A stretch of 64,000 nt of DNA, taken from assembly GCA_030295235.1 (NCBI GenBank), contig AP026125.1, positions 868,001 through 932,000 of the forward strand, in the 5' to 3' direction. The DNA comes from Fistulifera solaris. Taxonomy: Eukaryota. A program made the translations under genes and the position numbers. The stretch's first letter is position 1. The number at the start of each line of letters is the position of its first letter. Under the pieces are notes generated by a model that saw only the letters and a program-made list of their open reading frames with translations, had not been told where the DNA came from and did no database searches. Of the stretch, positions 63,779 through 64,000 are shown piece after piece.

Positions 63779-64000
63779 TTACTTCTTTTTATCGGCTTTG
63801 CTTCGTTTCAGTACTTCCAAGAAGTCAATAAACTCACTGAAAATTGGATACCCGCAGAAGAAAACGAGCAACGACCACTGGATTGTTGCCGAAGTCGAGA
63901 GCTTAACATGTTTGCGTCCAAAGTAAGCAAGAAATGCGACCTCAAATAGGTGAGCGAGAGCGGTGAAATACAGGACATATCTCAGAGCCATACACAGCTG
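63779..64000 (-). CDS. Small membrane protein, 3' part (TMEM254/DUF4499-like); gene probably starts beyond the window
   Basis: ALAHLFEV.....G......TIQW.LLVFFCGYP resembles the HxxE...W....GxxS/P pattern of this family. Confidence 0.4.
   Translation of the reverse strand, partial: QLCMALRYVLYFTALAHLFEVAFLAYFGRKHVKLSTSATIQWSLLVFFCGYPIFSEFIDFLEVLKRSKADKKK

Overview
Gene-dense eukaryotic nuclear DNA with short GT-AG introns. It is most likely from a pennate diatom; this is inferred from bipartite 'xAF' plastid presequences, a CoDi-type copia element and an AdoMetDC-aminopropyltransferase-SET fusion. About 20 protein-coding genes are recognisable: POLD2 3' end, DEAD-box helicase, TRRAP, the polyamine fusion enzyme, SFT2, TRAIP-like RING, histidine-phosphatase-like, a single-chain Mre11/SbcD-Rad50/SbcC fusion, OGG1, LIN9-like, a mitochondrial-carrier-family protein, PHD-PWWP, ABCA, Tic62-like, phytochelatin synthase, MnSOD, two tandem MFS genes and a TMEM254-like gene. 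Many genes carry single-base frameshifts, best explained as assembly errors. The repeat and mobile content is notable. (1) A 6.8 kb Ty1/copia element has 87/88-bp LTRs ending CG...CG instead of TG...CA, a 4-bp TSD, and a PBS matching a tRNA-Lys(UUU) anticodon arm (half-tRNA priming). (2) A 488-bp P-element-like MITE has a 31-bp CATGA TIR, a 7-bp TSD and an internal hairpin. (3) Two unrelated satellites share ~216-217-bp units, and degenerate copies of one flank the phytochelatin synthase gene in inverted orientation. (4) There are two minisatellites. All family calls come from motif recognition by eye; no searches were run.
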